DNA of 60,266 nucleotides from Bacteroidales bacterium (lineage in GTDB: Bacteria > Bacteroidota > Bacteroidia > Bacteroidales > UBA932). The stretch is from the NCBI GenBank assembly GCA_017627255.1, contig JAGAHD010000026.1, forward strand, positions 1-60,266. The letters run 5' to 3'. The notes beneath the pieces were generated by a model that saw nothing but the letters and a program-made list of their open reading frames with translations, was not told where the DNA came from and ran no database searches. The position numbers and the translations under genes were made by a program. Shown in pieces: positions 37,257 to 47,638 of the stretch. Every line of letters starts with the position of its first letter. The first letter of the stretch is position 1.

Positions 37257-37909
37257 AACGGTTGCTCATTGCGGTCTTGTGCCTGTGCTGCCTTGCTCCC
37301 GCCTGCCAACAGGATGACACTTTTGCCACCATCACCGAAATGGGGACGGTACACGGATCCGATATCCTCGGAGACAATGGAAACCGCTATCATATCATAG
37401 AACAGTCCTGGAAGGGCTCCCTGGATACCCTGGGCCGTGTCTTTTTCAAGGCAGACGTCCTGCAGACCCTGGGCGGGAACGAATTCGGCATCCGGCTCGG
37501 AGGCATTTCCATCCCGAGAATCCTCGAAGCGGAACCTGCCGGGGCATCTGTCCCTGCCGGTGACCCCGTCAGAGTAGACGGAGCCTGGTTCAGCGGAGGA
37601 TACCTGAACATGGCCGTCGGTTGGTTCGCCCGCCAGGGCAGTTCCTTCCGCCATTCATTCCGGCTGTTATACGACGCATCCTCCTCACCGGTCCGCCTGG
37701 TGTTCATCCATGAAGGCAACGGTGAGAACTATGGCGTCCTTCCGGAGCGGGAGACCCTCACTGAACAAGCCGTCTTCTGCATTCCCGAAGAACCCTTCCT
37801 TCCGAAATCCGGACAGATCGAGATTTCATGGAACGGCTACCGGACGGAAGACGGTTCACTCCTGCCACAGAGCGAGACGTACACCCATACAGGGACCATT
37901 GTCCGCTGA
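37253..37909 (+). CDS. NigD-like lipoprotein
   Basis: Lipobox LAPAC; N-terminal OB-like segment (GDNGNRY) and DPVRVDGAWFSGGYLNM...HSFRL motif. Confidence 0.65.
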   Translation: MKRLLIAVLCLCCLAPACQQDDTFATITEMGTVHGSDILGDNGNRYHIIEQSWKGSLDTLGRVFFKADVLQTLGGNEFGIRLGGISIPRILEAEPAGASVPAGDPVRVDGAWFSGGYLNMAVGWFARQGSSFRHSFRLLYDASSSPVRLVFIHEGNGENYGVLPERETLTEQAVFCIPEEPFLPKSGQIEISWNGYRTEDGSLLPQSETYTHTGTIVR

Positions 37910-37993
37910 TTTTTCAAGTTTTTCGGTGCGTCCTATTGCAACGACCAAAAAAATTCGTACCTTTGCAATCCCGTCCCTATCGGACGGACAGAT

Positions 37994-38067
37994 GGTGGAT
38001 GTAGTTCAGCTGGTAGAGCATCGGATTGTGGTTCCGAGTGTCGTGGGTTCGAGCCCCATCATCCACC
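37994..38067 (+). tRNA. tRNA-His(GTG)
   Basis: G-1 plus GTGGATG/CATCCAC stem, anticodon arm TCGGA-TTGTGGT-TCCGA, GGTTCGAG; promoter TACCTTTG at 37958-37965. CCA is not fully encoded. Confidence 0.96.
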
Positions 38068-38074
38068 CCTAATG

Positions 38075-38104
38075 GCGCTCCCGGTTATTCCGGGGGCGTT
38101 TTTT
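38075..38104 (+). terminator. Rho-independent terminator after tRNA-His
   Basis: gcgctcccgg-ttatt-ccgggggcgt followed by a T run. Confidence 0.75.
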
Positions 38105-38162
38105 CGTTTTGCGGATACAAATAAAGCCGTATCTTTGTACCTGAACCCCAATCTTCCAGCAA

Positions 38163-38741
38163 ATGAAAAAGCTTGTCGTCATTGACGCATGCGTGCGCCA
38201 GCAGGACTCTAGGACGTGGAGAATCGCCGCGCCCATCGTAGAATTCCTTTCCAGTAAATACGAAACCGTCGTTTACCGGCTGACGGAGATGCCGATGGAA
38301 CCCCTGACACCCGCCACCTATGCGGAACGGGTGGCCGGGAGCGTCCCTCCCTGGGCCGTCGAAGCGGCAAAAGCCGTCGCTGAAGCGGACCGGATCCTAA
38401 TCGCCGCCCCGTTCTGGGACATGAGTTTCCCTTCTGTCCTGAAAGTATTCTTCGAACACATTTCCCTGTTCGGGATTACCTTTACGGACAGCGGACGTTC
38501 CTGCGTGGGCATGTGCAAATGCGAAAAAGTCATGTACATCACCACCCGCGGCATGAACATTCCCACCGGCGATCCCCGGGAACAGGCGACGCCCTATCTG
38601 CATGCCCTGTCCTCCCTCTGGGATCTCGGCGTCGTGCTGACCGTGGCCGCCTGGAACATGGATTACAGTACCCCTGAACAAGTTGAGGAAAAAATCGATG
38701 CCACTACGCGTTTCGGCCTGAAATTGGCCCAGTCATTCTGA
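38163..38741 (+). CDS. NAD(P)H-dependent FMN oxidoreductase (AzoR/flavodoxin-2 family)
   Basis: SRT, ADRILIAAPFWDMSFPSVLK, YITTRG. Confidence 0.85.
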   Translation: MKKLVVIDACVRQQDSRTWRIAAPIVEFLSSKYETVVYRLTEMPMEPLTPATYAERVAGSVPPWAVEAAKAVAEADRILIAAPFWDMSFPSVLKVFFEHISLFGITFTDSGRSCVGMCKCEKVMYITTRGMNIPTGDPREQATPYLHALSSLWDLGVVLTVAAWNMDYSTPEQVEEKIDATTRFGLKLAQSF

Positions 38742-38838
38742 TTCTGACGTTATTTCGTCGGAAAAGCGGTTGGAAGAGGCTCAAATTATTCGTATATTTG
38801 TAAAATTCCGTTTCTCCGGACAACTCAGAACAACAAAT

Positions 38839-40623
38839 ATGGCAAAACGTGAAATCAAATTCTCCCTGGTATACAGGGACATGTGGCAGAGCTCGGGCAA
38901 GTATGTGCCCCGGGTGGACCAGTTGGTGGAGGTAGCCCCGGCCATCATCGACATGGGCTGCTTCGACCGCGTCGAGACAAACGGCGGCGCCTTCGAGCAG
39001 GTGAACCTCCTTTTCGGCGAGAATCCGAACAAGGCGGTCCGCGCCTGGACGGCACCCTTCCACAAAGTGGGTATCCAGACCCACATGCTGGAACGTGGCC
39101 TCAATGCCCTCCGCATGAACCCGGTACCGAACGATGTCCGCGAACTGATGTTCAAGGTCAAGAAAAAGCAGGGCACCGACATCGCCCGTTCTTTCTGCGG
39201 CCTCAATGACCACCGCAACTTGAAAGGGTCCGTCATCGGCGCCAAGAAAGGCGGCATGATCTCCCAGGTCGCCCTTTCCATTACGTACTCCCCCGTCCAT
39301 ACGGTGTCCTACTATATGGACATCGTCGACAAGGTGGTCGGATACGGAGCCGATGAGATCTGCCTCAAGGACATGGCCGGTATCGGCCGACCGACGTTCC
39401 TGGCCGAACTCGTCCACGATATCAAGAAGAACTATCCGCACATCGTCGTGCAGTACCACGGCCACAGCGGCCCGGGCTTCTCCACCGCCTCCATGCTGGA
39501 GGTGGCCCGCGCCGGTGCCGACTACCTGGATGTGGCAGTCGAACCGCTCTCCTGGGGCAAAGTCCATCCGGACGTGATCACCATCCGCGAGATGCTCCGC
39601 GCCGACGGCTTTGCCGTGAAGGACCTCAACATGGACGCCTATATGGAAGTCCGTCGTCTCACGCAGAAATTCATCGATGACTTCCTGGGATACTGGATCA
39701 ATCCGTCCAACGCCAAAATGACTTCCCTCCTGGTGGGTTGCGGCCTTCCGGGCGGCATGATGGGATCCATGATGGCGGACCTCAAGGGCTTCCAGGGCGC
39801 AATCAATGCTGCCCAGCGTGCCCACGGCCGTCCTGAGGTGTCACTGGACACCCTCATGGTCAAACTGTTCGAGGAAGTTGAGTATGTATGGCCCCGCCTC
39901 GGCTATCCGCCGCTCGTGACGCCGTTCAGCCAGTATGTTAAGAACACGGCGCTGATGAACCTTTTCAACATGCTCAACGACAAGCCTCGCTGGACGACCA
40001 TCGACAAGGACACCTGGGGCATGATCCTCGGCAACATGGGCAAACTTCCGGGCGAACTGGCCCCGGAGATCGTAGCCCTGGCCAAGGAGAAAGGGCTCGA
40101 ATACAGCACCGGCAATCCGCAGGACAATTACCCCGACGAGCTTCCGAAATTCCGCAAGATGATGGACGAGGAAGGATGGGATTACGGCGAGGACGACGAG
40201 GAACTGTTCGAAATGGCCATGCACGAGCGTCAGTACCGCGACTATCGCAGCGGCATCGCCAAAGAACGTTTCAACAAGGAACTGGCTGATTTCAAGGCTA
40301 AAGCCGGAGCGCCCATCGTCATCGAACGTCCGGTCGTGGAAATGCCGAAGTTCTCCGTCGAGGAATACACGGCCCGGTATCCGAAGGCCACGCCGGTACA
40401 GGTTCCGGTCAAGGGCCAGCTCCTGTGGCAGGTCGATGTGGACGACGCCTCCTCCGCTCCCGTCGTCGGAACGGCGGTAAAGGCTGGCGAGGTCATCGGA
40501 CACGTCCAGGCCTGGTACGGCATGGAAGAGATCGTCTCCGCCGTCGACGGCCGCATCGTAGCCGTGACCGGCAAGCAGGGCGAAAACGTTGTCAAGGGAG
40601 AAATCGTCGCTTTCGTCCAGTAA
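38839..40623 (+). CDS. Oxaloacetate decarboxylase alpha / pyruvate carboxylase carboxyltransferase-like protein with a degenerate biotinyl domain
   Basis: RDMWQS, LKDMAG, HGH, LPGGMMGS, GYPPLVTPFSQ. C-terminal lipoyl/biotinyl-like domain lacks the AMKM motif. Confidence 0.88.
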   Translation: MAKREIKFSLVYRDMWQSSGKYVPRVDQLVEVAPAIIDMGCFDRVETNGGAFEQVNLLFGENPNKAVRAWTAPFHKVGIQTHMLERGLNALRMNPVPNDVRELMFKVKKKQGTDIARSFCGLNDHRNLKGSVIGAKKGGMISQVALSITYSPVHTVSYYMDIVDKVVGYGADEICLKDMAGIGRPTFLAELVHDIKKNYPHIVVQYHGHSGPGFSTASMLEVARAGADYLDVAVEPLSWGKVHPDVITIREMLRADGFAVKDLNMDAYMEVRRLTQKFIDDFLGYWINPSNAKMTSLLVGCGLPGGMMGSMMADLKGFQGAINAAQRAHGRPEVSLDTLMVKLFEEVEYVWPRLGYPPLVTPFSQYVKNTALMNLFNMLNDKPRWTTIDKDTWGMILGNMGKLPGELAPEIVALAKEKGLEYSTGNPQDNYPDELPKFRKMMDEEGWDYGEDDEELFEMAMHERQYRDYRSGIAKERFNKELADFKAKAGAPIVIERPVVEMPKFSVEEYTARYPKATPVQVPVKGQLLWQVDVDDASSAPVVGTAVKAGEVIGHVQAWYGMEEIVSAVDGRIVAVTGKQGENVVKGEIVAFVQ

Positions 40624-40644
40624 AAAACACGAAATTTCATTATG

Positions 40645-40678
40645 AAACAACACAAGTTTTCCACAACTTGTGTTGTTT
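40645..40678. terminator. 14-bp inverted repeat (terminator-like)
   Basis: aaacaacacaagtt-ttccac-aacttgtgttgttt, followed by further T residues. Confidence 0.65.
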
Positions 40679-40705
40679 TTTCTGTCCCTGCCCTACCTTT
40701 GGGGC

Positions 40706-41395
40706 ATGAAGATGAAAGATTTGTGCGCGGATGAGAGGCCGCGCGAGAAAATGCTCCTGCATGGAGCATCGTCCCTCTCGGAGGCGGAACTCCTCGCCAT
40801 TCTGATCGGATCGGGATCAAGCGGGAAAAACGCCGTGGAAGTAGCCCGGGAGCTGTTGTCGGAGGCTGGTGGACGGCTCACACGGCTGTCGGAGCGAACG
40901 CCCCTCCAGCTCCGCAAACAGAAAGGGATCGGGCAGGCCCGGGCCGTGACCATTTCGGCCGCCCTGGAACTGGGACGCCGATACCTGGCGGAAAAGCCGG
41001 CCGGAAGACAGCATCCCATCACGCAGCCGGAGGAAGTGTACCGCTTGATGCTTCCCCTCCTGAAAGGACTCGACCACGAAGAGTGCTGGGTCCTGTACCT
41101 GAACCGGGCAAACCGCCTCTGCGGCCGGGAGAAACTGACATCGGGGACCCTTGACACCACGCTTATCGACCCGAAGTACGTCCTCCGGAAAGTCCTGGAC
41201 CACCAGGCAAAAGGGGTCATCCTGGTACACAACCACCCATCTGGCAGTCCGCTCCCGGGAGAAATGGACCTTCGGGAGACCCGGCGCCTTCATCGCGCCC
41301 TGCAGACCTTTGACATCGACCTGACCGACCACGTCATTATCGCGGACGGGTCCTTTTACTCCTTCAGCCGGGAGACGCTGGTCAATTGCGACTGA
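40706..41395 (+). CDS. radC: RadC family JAB-domain protein
   Basis: ERPREK, ELLAILIGSG, HEECW, HNHPSG, DHVII. Start ATG 40706. Confidence 0.95.
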   Translation: MKMKDLCADERPREKMLLHGASSLSEAELLAILIGSGSSGKNAVEVARELLSEAGGRLTRLSERTPLQLRKQKGIGQARAVTISAALELGRRYLAEKPAGRQHPITQPEEVYRLMLPLLKGLDHEECWVLYLNRANRLCGREKLTSGTLDTTLIDPKYVLRKVLDHQAKGVILVHNHPSGSPLPGEMDLRETRRLHRALQTFDIDLTDHVIIADGSFYSFSRETLVNCD

Positions 41396-41457
41396 CGAGT
41401 CATTGGAATTCCGATAAAATTTCTATATTTGTATTTCGGATAAACTATTCGAAGCCC

Positions 41458-42111
41458 ATGAAAGTCATCAATCTCGGCGAGAACAACTCTGTTCTCAACA
41501 ATTTCATCGCAGAAATGCGGGATGCTTCCACCCAGAAAGACAGCCTTCGTTTCCGTACCAATCTGGTGCGCGTCGGCGAGATCTTCGCCTACGAGCTTTC
41601 CAAAGTGCTGAACTATTCGGTCAAGGATGTCGTCACCCCTCTCGGCATTGCAAAAGTTTCCACTTGTGATACACCGCTGGTGATTGCGACCATTCTCCGC
41701 GCCGGGCTTCCGATCCATGAAGGTTTTCTCCGTTTCTTCGACCATGCCGAGGCCGCTTTCCTGTCCGCTTTCCGCAAATACGGGAAAGGAGATTATTTCA
41801 AGATCCGGGCTGACTATTGCACGACCCCCTCACTGGAAGGCAAGACCCTGATCCTGACCGACACCATGCTCGCGACCGGTTCATCCGTCGAAATCGGCTT
41901 GAACAAACTCCGCGAGGAAGGCGGAGACCCGGTGGCCATTCACCTTGTCTGCCCCATTTCCAGCCTCTATGCCGTTGACCACCTGGCCCCAAAATTCGAT
42001 GACGACGTGACCTTATGGACCGCCGCCATCGATGAAGAACTCACCAGCCACAGTTACATTGTCCCGGGTCTGGGCGACGCCGGAGACCTCGCTTTCGGCG
42101 CCAAACTGTAA
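41458..42111 (+). CDS. upp: Uracil phosphoribosyltransferase (Bacteroidota type)
   Basis: [44 protein letters not shown]. Start ATG 41458. Confidence 0.94.
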   Translation: MKVINLGENNSVLNNFIAEMRDASTQKDSLRFRTNLVRVGEIFAYELSKVLNYSVKDVVTPLGIAKVSTCDTPLVIATILRAGLPIHEGFLRFFDHAEAAFLSAFRKYGKGDYFKIRADYCTTPSLEGKTLILTDTMLATGSSVEIGLNKLREEGGDPVAIHLVCPISSLYAVDHLAPKFDDDVTLWTAAIDEELTSHSYIVPGLGDAGDLAFGAKL

Positions 42112-42123
42112 GGTTGTCCCCTG

Positions 42124-42861
42124 TCAGAATACCAGCAGGTACAGCCCTGCGGCGATGCATGCGCCGGCGAGAGGGCCGGCTACCGGCACCCAACTGTAGG
42201 ACCATCCGCTGTCTCGTTTGCCCTTGATGGGCAGGACGGCATGTGCACAGCGCGGACTCAGGTCACGGGCCGGATTCATCGCATAACCGGTGGTGCCGCC
42301 GAGAGACATGCCCAGCGCCATGATCAGGCAGGTGACAGGCCAGGCACCCAAGGCTCCGGTCGACGCAGCCGTCTCGCCGACCTGGAAAGCGTTGCCGCGT
42401 GTTGCCAGGGCCAGGATGACGAACACCAGTACGCAGGATGCGATCAGCTCGGAAAGGAAATTGCGCCAGGGATTCCAGATAGCCGGCATCGTGCAGAACG
42501 TGCCGAGCATCGTATCAGGCTCCTCTGCCGTCGCCGCATAATGGTCCTTGTAAAAGACATAGACGAGAAGGGCCCCTACAAAACCACCGGCCATCTGGGC
42601 GACAACATATCCCGGGACAGCCCCCCAGGCGAACTGCCCGGCCACGGCAAGGCCGAGCGTTACGGCAGGATTCAGGTGGGCTCCGGAAACCGGACCGGCA
42701 ATCAGTACGCCCATCATCACGGCCAACCCCCATCCCAGGGCAATGACTACCCATCCGCCGCCTTTCGCCTTGGATTTGTTAAGGGAAGTGGCAGCGCAAA
42801 CACCGTCGCCGAACAGCACCAGCACAAGCGTGCCGAGGAATTCAAAGATACATTCGGTCAT
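42124..42861 (-). CDS. glpF: Glycerol uptake facilitator (MIP family)
   Basis: SGAHLNPAVT and GYAMNPARD; follows glpK. Confidence 0.93.
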   Translation of the reverse strand: MTECIFEFLGTLVLVLFGDGVCAATSLNKSKAKGGGWVVIALGWGLAVMMGVLIAGPVSGAHLNPAVTLGLAVAGQFAWGAVPGYVVAQMAGGFVGALLVYVFYKDHYAATAEEPDTMLGTFCTMPAIWNPWRNFLSELIASCVLVFVILALATRGNAFQVGETAASTGALGAWPVTCLIMALGMSLGGTTGYAMNPARDLSPRCAHAVLPIKGKRDSGWSYSWVPVAGPLAGACIAAGLYLLVF

Positions 42862-42864
42862 TTT

Positions 42865-44343
42865 TCAAAGTTTTTTACTGAGGGTTCTGGAAATCGCATC
42901 GGCCCACCCGGCCTTGAGGGCTTCCGTATCAGCACCGGAAGGAATGAAGACACGCTCTGCCTGCCACTGGGCTTTGATCTCGTCCAGGGAAGACCAGTAG
43001 CCGACAGAAAGGCCGGCCAGATAACAGGCGCCCATCGCGGTCGTTTCGGTAACCTTCGGACGGATGACCGAAGTGCCCAGGATGTCGGCCTGGAACTGCA
43101 TCATCAGGTTGTTGCGGGAAGCCCCGCCATCCACTTTCAGCTCTGACAGTCGCACGCTGGCATCCCGTTCCATGGCTCCCACGATGTCCATCGTCTGGAA
43201 AGCAATACCTTCCAGGGCAGCACGGGCAATATGGGCGGCAGTCGTGCCGCGTGTCAGGCCGCAGATCATACCGTGGGCATACTGGTCCCAGTACGGCGCA
43301 CCCATTCCCGTGAGAGCGGGGACGAAGTACACGCCGCCGTTATCCTCCACGGAACGGGCCAGTTCCTCGATTTCCGAAGAACTGCGGATAATGCCCAGTC
43401 CGTCACGCAGCCACTGGACGACGGAGCCGCCGACGAAGATGGAGCCTTCCAGGGCATAGCGGACTTCGTCGCCGATTTTCCAGGCAACCGTCGTGAGGAG
43501 GTTGTTCTTGGAAAGGATGGGGGTGGAACCCGTATTCATCAGGAGGAAACAGCCCGTTCCGTAGGTATTCTTCACGGATCCCGGTTCGGTGCACATCTGG
43601 CCGAAAAGGGCGGCCTGCTGGTCACCGGCGATGCCGCCGATGGGTACCTCATGGGCGAAAATCGTGGTCTTGGTAACGCCATATACCTCGGAGCTGGAGC
43701 GCACCTCCGGCATCATGGAAGCCGGAATATCCAACAAATCAAGGAGTTCCTGATCCCATTCCAGCGTATGGATGTTGAAAAGCATCGTACGGGAAGCATT
43801 GGAGACATCCGTCACATGGACGGTTCCGCGGGTCAGCTGCCAGACCAGCCAACTGTCCACGGTGCCGAAACGGAGCCGACCGGCCTCCGCCTTCTCCCTG
43901 GCGCCCGGGACATGATCCAGGATCCAGCGGATCTTGGTCCCGGAGAAATAGGCATCGATGATCAGTCCCGTCTTTTCCCGGATGAAATCCGCCTTGTCAC
44001 GGAGCGTATCGCAGAATTCAGAGGTACGCCGGTCCTGCCAGACGATGGCGTTATACACGGGTTCGCCCGTCTCGGCGTCCCACACGATGGTGGTTTCCCG
44101 CTGATTGGTGATGCCGATAGCAGCGATATCCTTTCCATTGATGCCCATGCGGGTAATCGCCTCGGCGATTACGGCAGCCTCGGAAGACCAGATTTCCATC
44201 GGGTTATGCTCCACCCAGCCCGGCTTCGGGAAATACTGGGTGAACTCCATCTGGGCGGTAGAGCGGATATTGCCGTCATGGTCGAAAACAATGGCCCGGG
44301 AGGAACTTGTTCCCTGGTCAAGGGCCAGAATATACTTCTCCAT
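42865..44343 (-). CDS. glpK: Glycerol kinase
   Basis: [42 protein letters not shown]. Confidence 0.97.
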   Translation of the reverse strand: MEKYILALDQGTSSSRAIVFDHDGNIRSTAQMEFTQYFPKPGWVEHNPMEIWSSEAAVIAEAITRMGINGKDIAAIGITNQRETTIVWDAETGEPVYNAIVWQDRRTSEFCDTLRDKADFIREKTGLIIDAYFSGTKIRWILDHVPGAREKAEAGRLRFGTVDSWLVWQLTRGTVHVTDVSNASRTMLFNIHTLEWDQELLDLLDIPASMMPEVRSSSEVYGVTKTTIFAHEVPIGGIAGDQQAALFGQMCTEPGSVKNTYGTGCFLLMNTGSTPILSKNNLLTTVAWKIGDEVRYALEGSIFVGGSVVQWLRDGLGIIRSSSEIEELARSVEDNGGVYFVPALTGMGAPYWDQYAHGMICGLTRGTTAAHIARAALEGIAFQTMDIVGAMERDASVRLSELKVDGGASRNNLMMQFQADILGTSVIRPKVTETTAMGACYLAGLSVGYWSSLDEIKAQWQAERVFIPSGADTEALKAGWADAISRTLSKKL

Positions 44344-44356
44344 AATTATGTGGTTT

Positions 44357-45673
44357 TTAGACTAATTCACAGATCAGGGTGGCACTGGTGCAGTCGACAA
44401 CTTTCACGTCGGCATAATCGCCGGTTGCCAGGCCGCCGCCGGGGAAAACGCACATCTTGTTGTTGGAGGCGCGGCCGCAAAGCTGGTCGGGATTCCGTTT
44501 CGATGGTCCCTCGACAAGGACGCGGAAACATTTGCCTACATCTCTCCGGTAGCTTTCCAGGGATTTCCGGTTCTGCAGCTCGATGATCTCATTCAGCCGG
44601 CGGGTCTTGACGCTGGCCGGGACATCGTCGGGATAGTTCCGGGCAGCCAGGGTGCCGGGACGCTCCGAATAGGCAAACATGAAGGCCCAGTCGAAACCCA
44701 CCTCCTCCATGAGGCTGAGCGTCTCGGCATGGTCTTCCTCCGTTTCAGAGCAGAAGCCTGCAATCACGTCCGTCGTCAGGCCGCATTCAGGGATGACGCT
44801 GCGGATCCGGGCCACCCGTTCCAGGTACCACTCCCGGTCATACTTCCGCCGCATCTTCTCCAGCATCCGGGAACTGCCGGACTGGACGGGAAGATGGATA
44901 TGCTTGCAGATATTGTCATAAGCAGCCATCGTATCGATCACTTCATCGCTGATATCCTTCGGATGGGACGTTGCGAAACGGACCCTCAGGTCGGGACTCA
45001 CCGATGCCACGCGGCGCAGCAATTCCGCAAAATTCACCGTCTCCCCTTCCGACTTCCACAAGTAACTGTCCACATTCTGGCCCAGGAGCGTCACCTCCTT
45101 GTAGCCACGGCTGAACACGTCACAGGCTTCCCGGACGATCGAATGGGGATCCCGGGAGCGTTCCGCCCCCCGGGTATAAGGCACCACGCAGTAGGAGCAG
45201 ACATTGTTGCATCCCCGCATGATGGAAATGAAGGCGGACACTCCGTTTCGGTCCGTCCGAACGGGAGTGATGTCCGCATACGTTTCATCCCGGGACAGGA
45301 GAACATCGATCTGGGGATGATCCGGCGTCAAGGCCTTCAGCAGGCGCGGAAGCGAACGGTAGGCATCCGGTCCGACGACAAGGTCCACTTTCCGGGTTTC
45401 CAACAGGCTGTCCTTGAGCCGTTCCGCCATACATCCGACAATGCCGACCACAACGCCCGGACGCGTCTTCTTCTGACGGTTGAACTGCTCGATCCGGCCC
45501 CAGATCCGCTGTTCGGCATTGTCCCGGACCGAACAGGTGTTCGCCATGATGAGGTCAGCCTCTTCCATCGATTCCGTCCGTCCGTACCCCTCCCCTGCCA
45601 GGATGGAAAAAATAACCTCCGTGTCATTGACGTTCATCTGACACCCGTATGTCTCAATATAGGCTTTCTTCAT
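44357..45673 (-). CDS. miaB: tRNA-2-methylthio-N6-dimethylallyladenosine synthase
   Basis: [15 protein letters not shown] radical-SAM motif, LLGQNV, TRAM domain. Confidence 0.96.
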   Translation of the reverse strand: MKKAYIETYGCQMNVNDTEVIFSILAGEGYGRTESMEEADLIMANTCSVRDNAEQRIWGRIEQFNRQKKTRPGVVVGIVGCMAERLKDSLLETRKVDLVVGPDAYRSLPRLLKALTPDHPQIDVLLSRDETYADITPVRTDRNGVSAFISIMRGCNNVCSYCVVPYTRGAERSRDPHSIVREACDVFSRGYKEVTLLGQNVDSYLWKSEGETVNFAELLRRVASVSPDLRVRFATSHPKDISDEVIDTMAAYDNICKHIHLPVQSGSSRMLEKMRRKYDREWYLERVARIRSVIPECGLTTDVIAGFCSETEEDHAETLSLMEEVGFDWAFMFAYSERPGTLAARNYPDDVPASVKTRRLNEIIELQNRKSLESYRRDVGKCFRVLVEGPSKRNPDQLCGRASNNKMCVFPGGGLATGDYADVKVVDCTSATLICELV

Positions 45674-45697
45674 AGCTGCTGTAAAAAATGAAAGGCC

Positions 45698-47158
45698 CTA
45701 CAGCTCTCTCCGGAGACGGGCCTTGGGGATGTCCAGCTGGGCGCGGTACTTGGCGATCGTCCGCCGGGCCACTTTGTACCCTTTGGCATTGAGCGCATCG
45801 ACCAGGTCGTCGTCGGTAAGCGGATTATGCTTGTCCTCCGCATCCACGCACTCCCGCAGGACTTTCTTGATTTCGCGGGTGGAAACTTCCTCCCCCTCGC
45901 TGTTCTCGAGTCCTTCCGAGAAGAAAGACTTGAGCGGGAAAATGCCGAAATGGGTTTCGATCCACTTGCTGTTCACCACCCGGGAAATGGTGGAGATGTC
46001 GAACCCGGTCATTTCGGCGATATCCTTCAGCACCATTGGCCGGAGAGAGGATTCATCCCCGTCGATGAAGTAGTCGTGCTGATACTCGATGATGGCCCGC
46101 ATGGTGCTCTCCAGCGTATTCTGGCGCTGGCGAAGCGCTTCGATGAACCACTTGGCCGAATCGATCTTCTGTTTCACGAAGACGGCGGCGTCTTTCTGGG
46201 AACGGTCCGTAGCGTACCGGCCATTCTCCATGATTTCTGCATATTTCCGGTTGATCCGCAGCTCCGGGATGGAGAAACGGGGCATCGAGAGGATCAGCTG
46301 CCCGTTCTCGTAGTCCAGACGGAAATCCGGAACCACCTGCTGAGCCTGGTCGTTGTAACTGTCATCAATCTGCCCGCCGGGAGACGGGTTGAGTTTCCGA
46401 ATCTCCTCCAGGACCGCCCGCATCTCCTCTTCATCCAGATGGAGACGGGTCATGATCTTTTGAAAATGACGGTTCTTGAAATCGTCGAAGTCGTCACGCA
46501 GGACCCGGAGCGCATTGCGTACGGATTCCGTCTGTTTCTTGTCCTCCAGTTGGATAATCAGGCATTCCCGGAGATCGCGGGCGCCCACCCCGGAAGGGTC
46601 GAACTGCTGGATAATCTTGAGCATGGCCTCCACTTCCTCTGCATCCGTTTCCACGCCGGCCCGGAAAGCCAGGTCGTCCACAAGGGATTCAATATCACGG
46701 CGCAGGTAGCCGTCATCGTCGAGGGAGCCGATGATGAAGGTGGCGACAGTCCGCTGATGATCGCTCAAGTTGCGGTATCCCAATTGTTCCATCAGGCTCT
46801 GGGAGAAGCTCTGTTTGACAGAGAATGTGTTGTATTCGGGCCGTTCGTCCTTGCCCCAGTTGTTGACGCTCCGGTTATAATAGGGCGTGGGGTCGTCATC
46901 AGAATAGGACGAGAGGCTGTCCTCCATGGAGCCGCCGCTGTTCTCACGGTCCTCCATTTCAGAGATGGACATGTCGCGCGGTTCGTCGCCGTCTCCCCCA
47001 CCGGAAGGAGAATCATCGACGACGGGATTGTCATTAAGTACCTCCCGGACGTGCTGCTCCAATGCCTGGACCGGCATTTCGATCAGCTTGATCGTCTGGA
47101 TCTGCAGCGGAGAAAGCTTCTGCTGGAGTTTCTGTTCGAGTCCCTGTTTGATCGGCAT
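45698..47158 (-). CDS. rpoN: RNA polymerase sigma-54 factor
   Basis: Gln-rich N-terminus, DPSGVGAR, ISTISRV, RpoN box ARRTIAKYR. Confidence 0.97.
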   Translation of the reverse strand: MPIKQGLEQKLQQKLSPLQIQTIKLIEMPVQALEQHVREVLNDNPVVDDSPSGGGDGDEPRDMSISEMEDRENSGGSMEDSLSSYSDDDPTPYYNRSVNNWGKDERPEYNTFSVKQSFSQSLMEQLGYRNLSDHQRTVATFIIGSLDDDGYLRRDIESLVDDLAFRAGVETDAEEVEAMLKIIQQFDPSGVGARDLRECLIIQLEDKKQTESVRNALRVLRDDFDDFKNRHFQKIMTRLHLDEEEMRAVLEEIRKLNPSPGGQIDDSYNDQAQQVVPDFRLDYENGQLILSMPRFSIPELRINRKYAEIMENGRYATDRSQKDAAVFVKQKIDSAKWFIEALRQRQNTLESTMRAIIEYQHDYFIDGDESSLRPMVLKDIAEMTGFDISTISRVVNSKWIETHFGIFPLKSFFSEGLENSEGEEVSTREIKKVLRECVDAEDKHNPLTDDDLVDALNAKGYKVARRTIAKYRAQLDIPKARLRREL

Positions 47159-47161
47159 GGG

Positions 47162-47626
47162 TTACAGGGGATAATTGATGGTTTCCTTGAGAAGCAGGGC
47201 CGTCGGATAGGCTGACTTGAGTTCGTTGAACATTTTCAGCGCCTCGTCTTTGGTTCGGAAATCACCGACGGAAACCTTGAAATTGGGACTCTCAAACGTC
47301 CGATACACGCCGACGCCGGGATAATTGGCTGAAATCGAGCGTGCGATGCTCTCGGAACGGGCACGGGCACTCTGGCTGCTTTCGTAAAACACCCGAATCC
47401 TGTAACCGGTCATCGTCCGGGAAGCGTTGGCCGCAACATAGCGGTTGAATGCCGCACGGACCGCGTCGGACTGGTTCACCTTGACGCCGGTACCGATGAC
47501 GGTCAGGATATCCTTCCCCACCAGGGTGGAATCCACCGTTGCGGCGCGAAGGGAATCCGGAAGCTCCTGCGCATGCAGGAGTCCGCATGAAATGACAAGG
47601 AAGAGGGTCAGCAACAATTTCTTCAT
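47162..47626 (-). CDS. SPOR domain-containing protein
   Basis: Signal peptide; GYRIRVF...PNFKVSVGDFRTKDEA. Confidence 0.85.
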   Translation of the reverse strand: MKKLLLTLFLVISCGLLHAQELPDSLRAATVDSTLVGKDILTVIGTGVKVNQSDAVRAAFNRYVAANASRTMTGYRIRVFYESSQSARARSESIARSISANYPGVGVYRTFESPNFKVSVGDFRTKDEALKMFNELKSAYPTALLLKETINYPL

Positions 47627-47638
47627 AACAGCTTCTTC

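Noticed and set aside
40706-41395. radC as a marker of a mobile element
   Set aside because: Full-length chromosomal form in housekeeping context with host-like composition.
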